Origin: a bacterium | Lineage (GTDB): Bacteria; J088; JAWLBW01 | Length of the DNA: 55,075 nucleotides | Assembly (NCBI GenBank): GCA_041690355.1 | Contig: JAWLHK010000007.1 | Coordinates: 183,122 to 238,196 of the forward strand | Direction of reading: 5' to 3' | Shown here: positions 9,916-22,135 of the stretch, in pieces | How positions within the stretch are numbered: position 1 is the first letter of the stretch | Layout: each line of letters begins with the position of its first letter | Notes under the pieces: generated by a model | What the model was told of the DNA's origin: nothing | Databases searched by the model: none | The model's input: the letters and a program-made list of their open reading frames with translations, nothing else | Program-made: the position numbers and the translations under genes

Positions 9916-11583
9916 TCAGAATACGGAATCGACGCCGAGCAGCTCGGGCCCGAATTCGTAGAAGAGCGTGTTCAGTTCCCCCGGCACAACCGAGTCCCAG
10001 ACCTCGCAGCGCGCCTTGAATTCGCCGCGGGTCGCCGCCAGCGGGGTCGTAAGCTCCATCTGGAACTCGCCGTCCGTGAAGGGCGCCCACGCGGGCAGCC
10101 CCGCGCCGTTCGGGTCGCCGCGATGCGCGAAGTTCGTCCAGTAGCTCTGGATCTGCTGCGACAGGCGCACGGCGTTCTCGAGGCTCTCCTGGCGCTGAAA
10201 GAGAAGCATGAGCAGATTCCGGTTGCCGAAGACGAAGGGAATTTCGGCGGCGTGGAAGGTGCCCGAATGCGGTTCGAGGAAAAAGGAATCCGGCTCGATG
10301 CGGAAGCGGTAGAGCCAGCTCGGCGCATTCCCCGCACGTACGGCCTGCCGGGCCGGGCAGCTGAACAGCACATCGGTCGCGGCCTGCAGAATCAGCTCAC
10401 GGGGTTCCGCATATTGGTCGGGCGGATAGGCGGCCTGCAGTTTTCGGACCGCATCCGCGCCCACGGCGGATTCGAGGTTCGCCCAGGTGACCGCCCACGA
10501 CTCGTCCTGCTTGTGCATCAGGTTCCGGTTGACGAGAGCGAGCAGCTTGACTTCATCCGCATTGAATCCCGCCAGGAGGGGAACGTTGCGGCCGGCCCCC
10601 TGCAGCGCATCGATCGGCTGCCGCGGGAGCAGCCGGCCGTCGACCACGGGCGCATCGATTTCAAAGAGCGGCCAGGGCGCGTTCTCGCGCAGCCACTGAC
10701 CATCGAGCTTGCGCAGGCAGGCAAGCGATTCTGGGGCCGTGGCCGGGCAGCCGACCCGTGCGATCCATTGCCGGGAATATTCGGCATGGGTCTCGGGGCC
10801 GGCCACCGTGCACGAGCCGCTCTCCATGATCGCGCGGTGGAAGAGACCGTCGGCCTCGGGGCTGGCCATGAGCGCGCAGACGCTGTAGGCGCCCGCCGAT
10901 TCGCCGAAGATGGTCACGTTGTCGGGATTACCGCCGAAGGCCGCAATGTGCTTCTTGACCCACCGCAGCGCCTGAATCTGATCCGACAGTCCGAAATTCC
11001 CCGCCAGGACCTGCCCGTCGGCATCCGTCGCATCGGTGATGCCGAGCCAGCCCGGACCCCCGAGGCGGTAGTTGAGCGTCACGACGATGACGTCGCGGGT
11101 CGTGAACGGCTCGCCGTTGTAGAGGTTGGTGGCGCCGCTCCCCTGCGAGAAGCCCCCGCCGTAGATCCAGACCATGACCGGAAGGCCCTTGCGCAGCATT
11201 CCGTCTTCGGAGCTGCCGGGGGCCCAGATGTTCAGGTTCAGGCAGTCTTCGTCGAAGGTGAGCTTCGTGCGATAACTCTCGACCTTGCCTCCCATGCCCT
11301 GCAGGCACGTATGGCCGAAGTGCGTCGCGTTTCGGGCGCCCGAGACGGCTGCAGGGCGCGCGTACTGAAAGCGCAGTTCTCCTACGGGGGGCGCGCCGAA
11401 GGGTATCCCCTTCCACGAACAGGCCGTCACATCACGCGTTCCGGTGTACGTTGCCTTGTCTGCCATGACCGGTGCGCTGCAGTCGACTTCGCGCGCGGAG
11501 GGCGCGGCCGGGTCCGGTGCGGCGGCACACCCGCCGAAAAACAGCCCGAGAGTCAAAACGAGTGCGTACGCAGATGGTTTCAT
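9916..11583 (-). CDS. Carboxylesterase type B (probable lipoprotein)
   Basis: GIPFGAPPVGELRF, EDCLNLNIW, VWIYGGGF, FGGNPDNVTIFGESAG, HAAEIPFVFG; lipobox FGG-C. Confidence 0.9.
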   Translation of the reverse strand: MKPSAYALVLTLGLFFGGCAAAPDPAAPSAREVDCSAPVMADKATYTGTRDVTACSWKGIPFGAPPVGELRFQYARPAAVSGARNATHFGHTCLQGMGGKVESYRTKLTFDEDCLNLNIWAPGSSEDGMLRKGLPVMVWIYGGGFSQGSGATNLYNGEPFTTRDVIVVTLNYRLGGPGWLGITDATDADGQVLAGNFGLSDQIQALRWVKKHIAAFGGNPDNVTIFGESAGAYSVCALMASPEADGLFHRAIMESGSCTVAGPETHAEYSRQWIARVGCPATAPESLACLRKLDGQWLRENAPWPLFEIDAPVVDGRLLPRQPIDALQGAGRNVPLLAGFNADEVKLLALVNRNLMHKQDESWAVTWANLESAVGADAVRKLQAAYPPDQYAEPRELILQAATDVLFSCPARQAVRAGNAPSWLYRFRIEPDSFFLEPHSGTFHAAEIPFVFGNRNLLMLLFQRQESLENAVRLSQQIQSYWTNFAHRGDPNGAGLPAWAPFTDGEFQMELTTPLAATRGEFKARCEVWDSVVPGELNTLFYEFGPELLGVDSVF

Positions 11584-11659
11584 GAGCAACTGTTCCTGTT
11601 CTTGCAGGATTCGGTCAGCAGAGGCTTCGCGACCCGTAACCCTGCGGCCGCGGGCGATG

Positions 11660-11692
11660 AAAAAGCCCCTTCGCGGCATCCGCGAAGGGGCT
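11660..11692 (-). terminator. Terminator after the lipoprotein gene
   Basis: AGCCCCTTCGCGG-N3-CCGCGAAGGGGCT, a 13-bp stem with a T-tract on the minus strand. Confidence 0.75.
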
Positions 11693-11717
11693 CGGGAAAC
11701 GTCAGCCCGGCACCGTC

Positions 11718-12584
11718 TCAGTTACAGTCGACACAGGTAATGTTGCTGATGGCCACGCTGTCGGGAAAAGAAACGAGCGTGTTGTCGGTGGTGGCCGAAA
11801 CCTCGCCGGCAAACGTGAACTCGATCGTCTGCGCCCCGGTGGGCAGGTTGAAGAGGACGAAGAGGCCGTTGCTCGGATTCAGGGACTCGACCGACGTCTT
11901 CGGCGCCGGCAGGTCGTTGTCGCTGAAGTAGTTGGCTTCGACGCCGCCCGCGCTCACGTGCATGACCACATCTTCGTAATCGACCGCCTTCGAACCGTCG
12001 GACTTGTAGACCGTGCCGGCGACAATGGCCTTGGTGGGGTCGATCTGGACCGTGGCGATACCCGGAATCAGCTGCGCCGTCAGCTTGCTGACCGAGATCA
12101 GCGAGTCGTCGAAGGTCGTAACGCTCGTGTCGGTCGTCGGCACGGCAGGGTACTGGACGTTGAACTGATAGGTGTCTTTCTGGTCGTCTTCGTGCGTGGC
12201 CAGGCCGATCTTCGTCCCGCGCGGCGCCTTGTACGTGATCTTGCCGGCCGAGTCGGTGATGCCGCAGGCCCCGGTCGATTTCCCGGTCGCGTTGTCGAGC
12301 ACCGTCACGACGGCACCCGGAACCGGGCTGTCGGTCTGAAAGTCGTTGACGACGCCGTTCACGGTCACGAGGTCGTCGCCCGTCAGCACGCAGCCCGTGC
12401 CCTCGGCCACCGTCCCGGCGGGGCAGGCGCCCGTGTCGGCCGGCGGGCAGCTCGCGATGGGCGAGACTTCTTCCTGAAAGTCATCGTCATCGTCGTCGAT
12501 ATCGGTCACGGTGTCGGTGGTGCCGCCGCAGGCGGCCATGGACAGCAGGCACGCAAGAAGAAAGGCATTGGTCTTCTTCGTCAT
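11718..12584 (-). CDS. Lipoprotein with carboxypeptidase-regulatory-like beta-sandwich domains
   Basis: Lipobox MAA-C, poly-Asp, Cys motif, NGVVNDFQTDSPVPGAVVTV...TDSAG. AAGGA SD; start overlaps the upstream stop (ATGA). Confidence 0.7.
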   Translation of the reverse strand: MTKKTNAFLLACLLSMAACGGTTDTVTDIDDDDDDFQEEVSPIASCPPADTGACPAGTVAEGTGCVLTGDDLVTVNGVVNDFQTDSPVPGAVVTVLDNATGKSTGACGITDSAGKITYKAPRGTKIGLATHEDDQKDTYQFNVQYPAVPTTDTSVTTFDDSLISVSKLTAQLIPGIATVQIDPTKAIVAGTVYKSDGSKAVDYEDVVMHVSAGGVEANYFSDNDLPAPKTSVESLNPSNGLFVLFNLPTGAQTIEFTFAGEVSATTDNTLVSFPDSVAISNITCVDCN

Positions 12585-13030
12585 GGATTGTTTTCCTTGT
12601 CTCCGGAAGTTTGTTGAAAGGCAGCCAGCCTGCCCAGAAAGGTGTGCATCGTCTCGCGCAGGACCCCGCGCGGCATGCCGGCGACGGCGTTCGTCACCGC
12701 GGGATCGTCGGCCAGAACCGGGGTGTTCGTGCGGGGCGCTTCGGGCACGGGGGCCGGGCCGACGCGCAGCCGCACCTGCACCGGCATCCCCAGCCAGGCC
12801 TCGACCCGATCCTGCAGGCGGCGCTGTTCGAAGGCAAAGCGCTGCGCCCAGGAAGAGTCAGCAACCTGCAGCCAGAGCACGCCGTTCTGCAGCCGCATCG
12901 GCTCGGCATGCCGGCCCCACATCTCGCCGACGACCGACGGCCACTCGAGCCGCAGCCGCGCCGCGTCGAGGGCCTTCTGCACGGGGGTGCCCTGGTATTG
13001 CCGTCTGAGGATCGTATCGATTCGTTCCAC
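12581..13030 (-). CDS. DciA / DUF721 family protein (replicative helicase loader-like)
   Basis: WPSVVGEMWGRHAEPMRLQNGVLWLQVADSSWAQRF matches the DUF721 pattern. Start uncertain (GTG 13030 or ATG 13054). Confidence 0.7.
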   Translation of the reverse strand: MERIDTILRRQYQGTPVQKALDAARLRLEWPSVVGEMWGRHAEPMRLQNGVLWLQVADSSWAQRFAFEQRRLQDRVEAWLGMPVQVRLRVGPAPVPEAPRTNTPVLADDPAVTNAVAGMPRGVLRETMHTFLGRLAAFQQTSGDKENNP

Positions 13031-13159
13031 CGGAACCTGCCAGGGAGCCAGCATAGCAAGGCGCGCTGCCGGATGTCAAAGCGGCCGCCTCGGCTGCGGC
13101 GGGCCTCCCGCCGCCGGCCGGTGGAGGTCGCACCCCCCAGGCTGCTATATTCACCGGAG

Positions 13160-13813
13160 ATGCACTATCGCAAACGGCCGCTCGCGCGCAGCTTCTACGC
13201 GCGCCCCACCCTCGAAGTCGCGCCCGAGCTGCTGGGCAAAATTCTCGTGCACGAAACGCAGGAAGGGCCTCTGGCCGCCCGCATCGTCGAGGTTGAGGCC
13301 TACCTGGGGCAGGATGATCCCGCCAGTCACGCATGGCACGGCCCGCGCGGACGCGCCGCCATCATGTACGGCCCTTCGGGGCGGCTCTATGTCTACACGA
13401 GCTACGGCATGCACCTCTGCATGAATGTCGTGGCCAATGACGGTACCAGCGCCGGCGCCATTCTGTTACGCGCCGCCATGCCGCTCGTGGGCGCCGAGCA
13501 GATGGCCGCGCTGCGCGGGGGCGCCCGCAAGCCGCACGAAATCGCCCGCGGCCCCGGGTGCCTGACGCAGGCGCTGGCCATCCGCAAGGATCTGAACGGA
13601 AGCGATCTGATATCGGGGCCCGTGCGCCTGCACCACTCCGCCGGCGACGAGCCGGGATACCACGTCTGCCGTAGCCCGCGCATCGGTATCAGCCGGGCGG
13701 TCGAGCGTCCGTGGCGCTATTTTCTCTGCGGGCATGCCGCCCGGAGCGGCCCATCACGGTTCAACCGCTGCGGGCTCGACGCGCCACCCTCAGGTACGGG
13801 AGGATGCCTGTGA
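13160..13813 (+). CDS. DNA-3-methyladenine glycosylase (MPG/AAG family)
   Basis: VAPELLGK, RIVEVEAYLG.DDPASH, YVYTSYGMHLCMNVV, AILLRA, GPGCLTQAL, SPRIGIS, PWRY. Confidence 0.92.
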   Translation: MHYRKRPLARSFYARPTLEVAPELLGKILVHETQEGPLAARIVEVEAYLGQDDPASHAWHGPRGRAAIMYGPSGRLYVYTSYGMHLCMNVVANDGTSAGAILLRAAMPLVGAEQMAALRGGARKPHEIARGPGCLTQALAIRKDLNGSDLISGPVRLHHSAGDEPGYHVCRSPRIGISRAVERPWRYFLCGHAARSGPSRFNRCGLDAPPSGTGGCL

Positions 13814-13819
13814 TAGAAT

Positions 13820-15550
13820 ATGCCAGCCATGCTCAGTACCGGGCGATACGAACTGCAGGAGGAAATCGGGGTGGGTGCCTCGGCGCGTGTTTTCCGCGCC
13901 CTGGACGCAGATCTCAAGCGCACGGTCGCCGTCAAGGTGCTGCACCCGCACCTGCGCACCGAGGGGCACTTCGCGCTGCGTTTCCGGCGTGAGGCATCGG
14001 CCGTCGCGCGCATCGAGCACCCGAACATTCTGCGCATCTACGACGTCGCGCCCGAAGATCATGATCCGCTCTATTTCGTTTCAGAGTACGTCGACGGCGG
14101 GACGGTGGCCCAGTGGCTGGACGAAGAGGGGGGCCGCCTGCCGCACGAGATGGCGCTCGCGGTCGCGCTTCAGGTGCTGCGGGGCCTGCAGGCTGCGCAC
14201 GAAGCCGGCATCGTCCACCGCGACCTGAAGCCCGAGAACCTCATGCTGACCCGGGGCGGCCAGGTGAAGATCGCCGACTTCGGCGTGGCCTTCCGCGAAG
14301 CCGACGGCTCGATCACGGTCGACGGCAATCTTCTCGGTTCCCCCTCGTACATGGCCCCCGAACAGATCGACGGCGATCCCGTGGACGCGCGAACCGATCT
14401 GTTTGCCTTCGGCATCATCCTCTATCAGATGCTCACGGGCAGCCTCCCCTTCGGCGACGGCCAGATGACCCAGATCCTCAACCGGATCGCGACCGCCGAC
14501 CATGCGCCGCTGCCCGAGTTGGACGCGACGGTCGACCCGCGCGTCGTCGAGATCGTCGAGGCCTGCCTCTCGCTCGATCCGGGCGACCGGCCGTCGACCG
14601 CGGCCGGGCTCCACGAGCGCATCGCCGACATTCTGCGGCGCCGGGCGGTCGACGATCCGGCCGAGGCCATCCGCCGCTTCCGCGAGGCCGACGAGGCCGC
14701 GCGCAAGGAGACCAGTTACGCCACCGTGAATTCGCTCGTGGCCGAGGCCCGCGAGCTGCTGGCCGGCGCCCGCAACGTGACGCTGGCCATGGCGCTGCTC
14801 GACCGGGCCCTTGCGCTGCACCCGTTCCACTTCGAAGCCTACCGGCTCGTGCAGTCGATCGGCGGCGTCCAGAAGCGGCGCTCGGTGCGCGTGGGCCTGC
14901 TCGCCGTGCTGCTCACCGTCGCCGTCATCGGCCTCTTTCAGGCCTGGACGGTTCTGCGCGGCGCCGCGCCCGTGCCGGAGTCTCCGGCGCGTTCGGTCCT
15001 GACGGCTCCCGAGCCGGACAGTCCGGCAAGGCCCGCCGAGCCGACCCTCCCGCCGGGTCCGCGCGAGCCGACCCGCAAGGCCCCCGCCGGTGCGGCCGGA
15101 GAAGCCAAGGCCCCCGCGAAGCCCGCAACGGCCACCCTGCGCCTGGCCAGCCGCCCGTGGGCCAAGGTGTTTCTCGACGAGGAGTTCGTCGGCGAGACGC
15201 CGCTGCTGCGCGATCTGGCCCTCCCGCCCGGGCGGCACGTGGTGCGATTGCAGAACCCCCGATCGCAGGCGGTGAGCCTCGAGATCGACGCGCGCGCCGG
15301 CGAGACAATCGATCGCTTCGTCGAGCTGCCCATTTTTCCGGCCCTGCTGCGGATCGGGGCCGCCCCGGGCGATACCGTGCTTCTCGACGGCAATCCGGTG
15401 GACAGCGATGCGCTCAGCCAGAGCATCGAGGTCGCCCACGGCGAGCGCAACGTTACCTTTCGCAACGGCGATCGGGAGCGCACGATCGTCATCGATGCCC
15501 AGGCCGGACGGCTGAGCGAAGTGCCCAGCCCGTTTCTCGCCACCCCCTGA
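13820..15550 (+). CDS. Hanks-type Ser/Thr kinase with TM helix and C-terminal PEGA-like domain
   Basis: VAVK, HRDLKPEN, DFG, GSPSYMAPE; TM helix VGLLAVLLTVAVIGLF; SRPWAKVFLD...GETP...LPPGRHVVRL. Confidence 0.9.
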   Translation: MPAMLSTGRYELQEEIGVGASARVFRALDADLKRTVAVKVLHPHLRTEGHFALRFRREASAVARIEHPNILRIYDVAPEDHDPLYFVSEYVDGGTVAQWLDEEGGRLPHEMALAVALQVLRGLQAAHEAGIVHRDLKPENLMLTRGGQVKIADFGVAFREADGSITVDGNLLGSPSYMAPEQIDGDPVDARTDLFAFGIILYQMLTGSLPFGDGQMTQILNRIATADHAPLPELDATVDPRVVEIVEACLSLDPGDRPSTAAGLHERIADILRRRAVDDPAEAIRRFREADEAARKETSYATVNSLVAEARELLAGARNVTLAMALLDRALALHPFHFEAYRLVQSIGGVQKRRSVRVGLLAVLLTVAVIGLFQAWTVLRGAAPVPESPARSVLTAPEPDSPARPAEPTLPPGPREPTRKAPAGAAGEAKAPAKPATATLRLASRPWAKVFLDEEFVGETPLLRDLALPPGRHVVRLQNPRSQAVSLEIDARAGETIDRFVELPIFPALLRIGAAPGDTVLLDGNPVDSDALSQSIEVAHGERNVTFRNGDRERTIVIDAQAGRLSEVPSPFLATP

Positions 15551-15647
15551 CGGGCGCCGCCGCGAGCCGCCGCGGAACGGTCGGGCCTCGCCGTGCCGCG
15601 TGCCGCACCGGTGTGCGCCTGCCGAGCGGCTTCTGGTAGAATCTGGC

Positions 15648-16499
15648 ATGCCCGGCCCCGCCTTACGGCTTCTGTACACCCTGATCGCGTTTCTGCTGCT
15701 CGCGGCCCCGCCCGCCGCGGCCGACGTCGTGGTGCGCGACGCCGATCTGGCCAGGGCCCTGGCCTACTTCGAGCGCGGCGACCATGTGCACGCCGCGGCC
15801 GAGCTGGCATCCATGGTCGAGTCTCCCCGGCTGACGCGCGCCGAACGCCTGCGGGCCTGGGAGGCCCTGGGGATCAGCTCCTACGTCATCGGGAAACTGA
15901 AGAACGCAGAGTGGGCCTTTCGCTCCCTCCTGCGCGAGGATCCCGACTATCAGCCCGACGCCATCTTCGTGCCGCCCGAAATCGTCGGCTTCGTCCTGGA
16001 TATCCGCCGAACGATGGCTGCCGACGCGGCCACCGCCACGACCCGGCCGGCCGCGCGCCTCGTGCCCGCCGCCATGCCGCCGGCCGGGGAACTTCCGGCA
16101 GCCGCGGCGCCGGCCGGAACGCCGATTCTGCTGCCCGCCACCCTCGGGACGCCGTTTTCGGCCGCCGACCTCCTCCCCTTCGGCGTCGGCCAGTACCGGC
16201 GCCAGCAGACCGGGCGGGGGACGACGCTGCTGGTGCTCGAGACGCTGCTGCTCGGGACCAACATCGGTCTTTACTATTATCGGAACTGCTCCCTGAAAGA
16301 GACCTGCGGCGCCCGGTACTACCCTGCCGAGAATCTCGACCGGGCACGGGATTTGCAGGGTTGGCAGATTGTCACCGGATCGCTCTTCGTCGCCACCGCG
16401 ACCCTCGGGGTCATCGACGGACTGATGCTTCCGCTGACGCCGAACATTGCCATTCAGGCCACCCCTTCAGGGGGCGGCCTGCAGGTCACCATCCCGTAA
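15648..16499 (+). CDS. Secreted/membrane TPR-like protein
   Basis: Signal peptide, TPR-like helices (ALAYFERGD...LGISSY...AEWAFRSLLREDPD), LPFGVGQY and C-terminal hydrophobic segments. Confidence 0.7.
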   Translation: MPGPALRLLYTLIAFLLLAAPPAAADVVVRDADLARALAYFERGDHVHAAAELASMVESPRLTRAERLRAWEALGISSYVIGKLKNAEWAFRSLLREDPDYQPDAIFVPPEIVGFVLDIRRTMAADAATATTRPAARLVPAAMPPAGELPAAAAPAGTPILLPATLGTPFSAADLLPFGVGQYRRQQTGRGTTLLVLETLLLGTNIGLYYYRNCSLKETCGARYYPAENLDRARDLQGWQIVTGSLFVATATLGVIDGLMLPLTPNIAIQATPSGGGLQVTIP

Positions 16500-16513
16500 C
16501 CGCCGAGCACGTA

Positions 16514-18321
<1,808 letters not shown>

Positions 18322-18325
<4 letters not shown>

Positions 18326-18765
18326 AAGGGCATGGAATGCGCAGCCTGCGCGACATCGCCGTGTTCGCCCTGGCCGCCCTCGCGGCGGGCTGCGTCGGCT
18401 GGGAGCCCATCGAGGCCGGTCCCGAACCGGGCCCCGAGAACCAGGTGCCGCGTATCGAAATCGTCGATCCGGCGAGCCGGCTCATGCAGATGCGCATGAA
18501 CGAGAGCTGGACGTTCCGCGTCGTCTCGGTGAGCGATTTCGAGAACGACGACGTCTACTATCAGTGGCGTCTGAACGGCAACCTGATCAGCAACGGTACG
18601 CTGTACCAGTATCTGGCCTTCCAGATCGGCACCCATCAGCTCGACGTCATCGTCTGGGACTGCGAGCCCACGCTGGGCACCGAGAGCTACCAGGCCTGCC
18701 AGAACGAGCCTCCGCCCGGCAAGCGGGTCGATACGTTCGGCTGGACCATCGAGGTGTCGCCATGA
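18322..18765 (+). CDS. Hypothetical lipoprotein (Ig/PKD-like)
   Basis: Lipobox LAAG-C; SDFENDDVYYQWRLNG; ATGA overlaps with the genes on both sides. Confidence 0.65.
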
Positions 18766-20393
18766 AAACCGGACATCCGACGTCCGCCGGCGGCCGGCTT
18801 TGCCCGCCGCTGCGCGCCGCAGCACATGCGCGGGGCCTGCGGATTGTCGCGCGCGCGGCCGCCTTTTCACTCCTGGCCTTTCTGGCCGGCGCGGCCTGCT
18901 CTGGGGGAAGCTTCGAGACCGACCGTTTCGAAGACGCGACGCAGGGCAACGCAGACCCATACCGCGTGCTGCAGGTCATTCCCGCCGACGAGTCGGTCTA
19001 CCCGCGGCAGGAGTTTCCGCTCTTGGCGACGAGCGTCACGAACTACACGAGCTATTTCCGTCTCAAGCCCGCCGTGCTGCTCGCCGGCAAGGTGATGGAC
19101 AAGCGCGGCAACCCCGTGCATGCGCGGCTGCGCTTTCACGGCGCGGTGGGCGAACGATACGAGCCGACGTCGCTGCGGCGGGCCGAGGTCGACGGCGACG
19201 CCCTGGACGGCGGCGCCCCGGCGCGTTACAAGGTCGGGCTTGTCCCCGGCGACTACGTAGTCGACCTGCTGCCGTTCGGCGGCGAACTCCCCTCGCAGCG
19301 GCAGGCCCTGCGCGTACAGCCCGGGCTCGAAGTCGATTTCGTGCTGAGCGACGGCGTCTTCTATACCGGCCGGGTCACCGACGCGGCCGGACGGGCCGTC
19401 ACCGATGCAACCGTGCGCGCCGTGTCGCTGGCGGGCGAACTGATCTCCAACGCCGTGGCCGTCGACGCCGACGGCCGCTACAAGGTAGCGCTGGGGCCGT
19501 CGCGCAGCGATACCTTCCGTCTCGAGTTCTCGGGCTCGACTGCGGGGCTGCTCCCGCGCGTGCAGTTCGGCGGCCTGGCCGCCGATCAGGATCGCGTGCT
19601 CGACATCCAGTACCTGCCGGTCACGATCACGACCGTCTCCGGCCAGGTTGTCGACCACGCCGGACTGCCGGCCGCGAGCGTCGACGTGGTCTTCGCCGCC
19701 CGCGACGGCGGCGAGGTCAAGGTCGCCCGCCGCAGCGATACGATGGCCGCGAACACCGAGGCCCAGGTAACCTACCGCACCCGTACCGGACACGACGGCA
19801 GGTTCTCGCTGCGCGTGCCCCGCGGCGCCTGGGAGTACGCGCTGACCCTGCAGTCGCCCATCGACCGCACGTACGGTGGACTTACGATCGTGCCGTACGG
19901 CTTCACGAGCGGCACCGATCTGTTCTCGCTCCCCTCCCGAAAACCGGTGGCGGGCGCGATCACCGACGACGAGGGGTACCCGCTCGCCAATGCCGAAGTC
20001 GTGCTCGCGCGCTCGCTGACGTACCGCGAACAGCAGCAGCTTCTTCGCGTCTTCACCGATCGCGACGGGCGTTTCGAGGCCCTGCTCGACACTTCGGTCT
20101 CGAGTTACGACGTCACGGTGCTTCCGGCCGACGGCGTGCATGCGCGCTGCGTACGCAACGGCGTGACGCTCGAGAGCTTCACCGAGACGTTCATCGTGCC
20201 CCAGGGGGTCGTCGTCGACGGCTTCGTGACCGACGAGAACGGCCGCGGCATGGAACGGGTCTCGATCCGGGTCGTCGAATCCGGGGCCGGCGGCATCCCG
20301 CGCCTGCTCGGCGAGACACTGGTGCCCACCGACCCGAGCGGCAATTTCCGCATCGTCATTCCCGAAGGCGAATCGGGCCGCGGCTGCCGCTGA
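18762..20393 (+). CDS. Lipoprotein with repeated carboxypeptidase-regulatory-like domains
   Basis: Lipobox GAA-C; repeated GxVxDxxGxPxxxAxV...TDxxGxF units. Confidence 0.7.
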   Translation: MKTGHPTSAGGRLCPPLRAAAHARGLRIVARAAAFSLLAFLAGAACSGGSFETDRFEDATQGNADPYRVLQVIPADESVYPRQEFPLLATSVTNYTSYFRLKPAVLLAGKVMDKRGNPVHARLRFHGAVGERYEPTSLRRAEVDGDALDGGAPARYKVGLVPGDYVVDLLPFGGELPSQRQALRVQPGLEVDFVLSDGVFYTGRVTDAAGRAVTDATVRAVSLAGELISNAVAVDADGRYKVALGPSRSDTFRLEFSGSTAGLLPRVQFGGLAADQDRVLDIQYLPVTITTVSGQVVDHAGLPAASVDVVFAARDGGEVKVARRSDTMAANTEAQVTYRTRTGHDGRFSLRVPRGAWEYALTLQSPIDRTYGGLTIVPYGFTSGTDLFSLPSRKPVAGAITDDEGYPLANAEVVLARSLTYREQQQLLRVFTDRDGRFEALLDTSVSSYDVTVLPADGVHARCVRNGVTLESFTETFIVPQGVVVDGFVTDENGRGMERVSIRVVESGAGGIPRLLGETLVPTDPSGNFRIVIPEGESGRGCR

Positions 20394-20408
20394 ACGGGGC
20401 CGGCATGG

Positions 20409-20867
20409 CTACCCGCGGGCGAGGGCGAGTACGATCCTGCATTCGGCCGGCGTCACCGGCTGGATGCTCAAGCGCGACCCTTTCTGCAGAAGGGCCATCT
20501 TCGCGAGCCCCGTCACCCCGCGCAGCGTTTCGAGCGACGGCGGATTCTCGAACTCCTCGACGAAGGCGATGTCGACCCCGTACCAGATCGGGTTCTCGCG
20601 GCTGCTCTTCGGATCATAGTGATCGTGCTTCGGGTCGAGCGCCGTCGCATCGGGAGAGCCAGCCTTGACGACGCGCGCGAGGCCGGCCACGGCCGGGGGC
20701 TGCGCGTTCGAGTGGTAGAAGAGAACGTCGTCGCCGACGGCGATCGCGTCGCGCAGGAAGTTGCGCGCCTGATAATTGCGCACGCCGTCCCAGAAGGTCC
20801 GTCGTTCGCGGCGCAGGTCGTCGATGGAGTAGACCGACGGCTCGGACTTGAACAGCCAGCAGGCCAC
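20409..20867 (-). CDS. EVE domain protein
   Basis: WLFKSEP, WDGVRNYQARNFLR, GDDVLFYHS, YDPKS, SRLSIQPV. GTG start with GAGGTG SD. Confidence 0.92.
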   Translation of the reverse strand: MACWLFKSEPSVYSIDDLRRERRTFWDGVRNYQARNFLRDAIAVGDDVLFYHSNAQPPAVAGLARVVKAGSPDATALDPKHDHYDPKSSRENPIWYGVDIAFVEEFENPPSLETLRGVTGLAKMALLQKGSRLSIQPVTPAECRIVLALARG

Positions 20868-21000
20868 AGTGCACCTCGCAGAATGCGGAAATGCACACGG
20901 TACCATACCCGCCTTGAAAGCGTCGTCTTTAACGCCTGCGAACCGCTTGCAGAATCGGGGCGCGCTATGCGACACTATCTTTTTTTCCGCACGAGGGAAC

Positions 21001-21309
21001 ATGTCCTACGTCATCACGCAGAAATGCCTTGGCGAACGCTATGCAACCTGCGCCGAGGTCTGTCCGGTCGACTGCATTCACCCGGGCGAGTACAACGGTG
21101 AAGTCTTCATGGTCATCGACCCTGACGACTGCATCGACTGCGGCGTCTGCCAGCCCGAGTGTCCCGTCGACGCCATCGTCGACAACGAAGACGAATCGCC
21201 CGACTGGGCCAAGATCAACCGCGAGCTCTCGCCGGACTTCAAGAACAACGGGAAGGTCGATCCGCGGCCGGCCAACGATCCGCCGCGCAAACCCGAGAAC
21301 CGCCAGTAG
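21001..21309 (+). CDS. Ferredoxin (FdxA-like dicluster)
   Basis: CAEVCPVDCI...IDPDDCIDCGVCQPECPVDAI. Confidence 0.92.
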   Translation: MSYVITQKCLGERYATCAEVCPVDCIHPGEYNGEVFMVIDPDDCIDCGVCQPECPVDAIVDNEDESPDWAKINRELSPDFKNNGKVDPRPANDPPRKPENRQ

Positions 21310-21317
21310 TCCGACCG

Positions 21318-21345
21318 AAGGCTCCGTATCCGGAGCCTTTTCTTT
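21318..21345 (+). terminator. Terminator after ferredoxin
   Basis: AAGGCTCCG-tatc-CGGAGCCTT followed by TTCTTT. Confidence 0.75.
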
Positions 21346-21348
21346 GCC

Positions 21349-22134
21349 ATGGGGGACCGCTACAACAGCGAACGGCATGTGGCCCTGGGGGGCGCCTGGC
21401 AGCGGGCCGGCATGCGGCTCATGCGCCAGTTCGAGATCCCCGCGCGCACGCGGATTCTCGACGCCGGGTGCGGCAACGGCGAGCTCACGCAGCAGCTCGC
21501 CCGCTGCGCGCCCGAGGGAGAAACGCTCGGCATCGACAGCAACGCGTCGGCCATCGCGCAGGCGTGCCATCTCGCGGCCGACGCGGGTCTGGCACACCTG
21601 CGCTTCGAAGTCGCCGACTTTCTAGCCTGGACGCCCGCGACCCCGTTCGACGCCGTCTTCTGCAACTCCACCCTGCACCTCACGCGCCCCGATGCGGCGG
21701 GGGCTTCGCGCCTGGCGGGGTTTCTCGCGCCGGGGGGCGTACTCGCCCTGCAGCTGCCCGCCCGCGATCTGAGCGAAGAGGTGCGCGACGCCCTGCAGTC
21801 GGCGCTGGCCGCCGTCGGCGTCGACAATCCATTTCCGGTGTGGAATGCGGCCTGGCACCTGCCGACGTCGAGTGAGCTGGCGGCTGCCGTGCAGGAGACC
21901 GGCCTGCGCGACATCCGCGCGATGGAAGAGTTCGAGCCGCTGACTTTTCGCTCACCCGAGGATGCGGCCGCCTACTTCACCGGCCTGCTGCTCGATCCGT
22001 ACCTGCGGCAGATTCCCGACGAGCGCCACGCGGATTTTCTCGAGGCCTTCGGCGCCTCGTTTCCCCTGGCAAACGGGCTCCCCCACTGCCTGCTCAAGCG
22101 CCTCTACCTGATCGCGCGGCGCGCGGGCGGCTGA
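21349..22134 (+). CDS. Class I SAM-dependent methyltransferase (Tam-like)
   Basis: RILDAGCGNG, GIDSN, FDAVFCNSTLH, LAPGG. Confidence 0.8.
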   Translation: MGDRYNSERHVALGGAWQRAGMRLMRQFEIPARTRILDAGCGNGELTQQLARCAPEGETLGIDSNASAIAQACHLAADAGLAHLRFEVADFLAWTPATPFDAVFCNSTLHLTRPDAAGASRLAGFLAPGGVLALQLPARDLSEEVRDALQSALAAVGVDNPFPVWNAAWHLPTSSELAAAVQETGLRDIRAMEEFEPLTFRSPEDAAAYFTGLLLDPYLRQIPDERHADFLEAFGASFPLANGLPHCLLKRLYLIARRAGG

Positions 22135-22135
22135 T

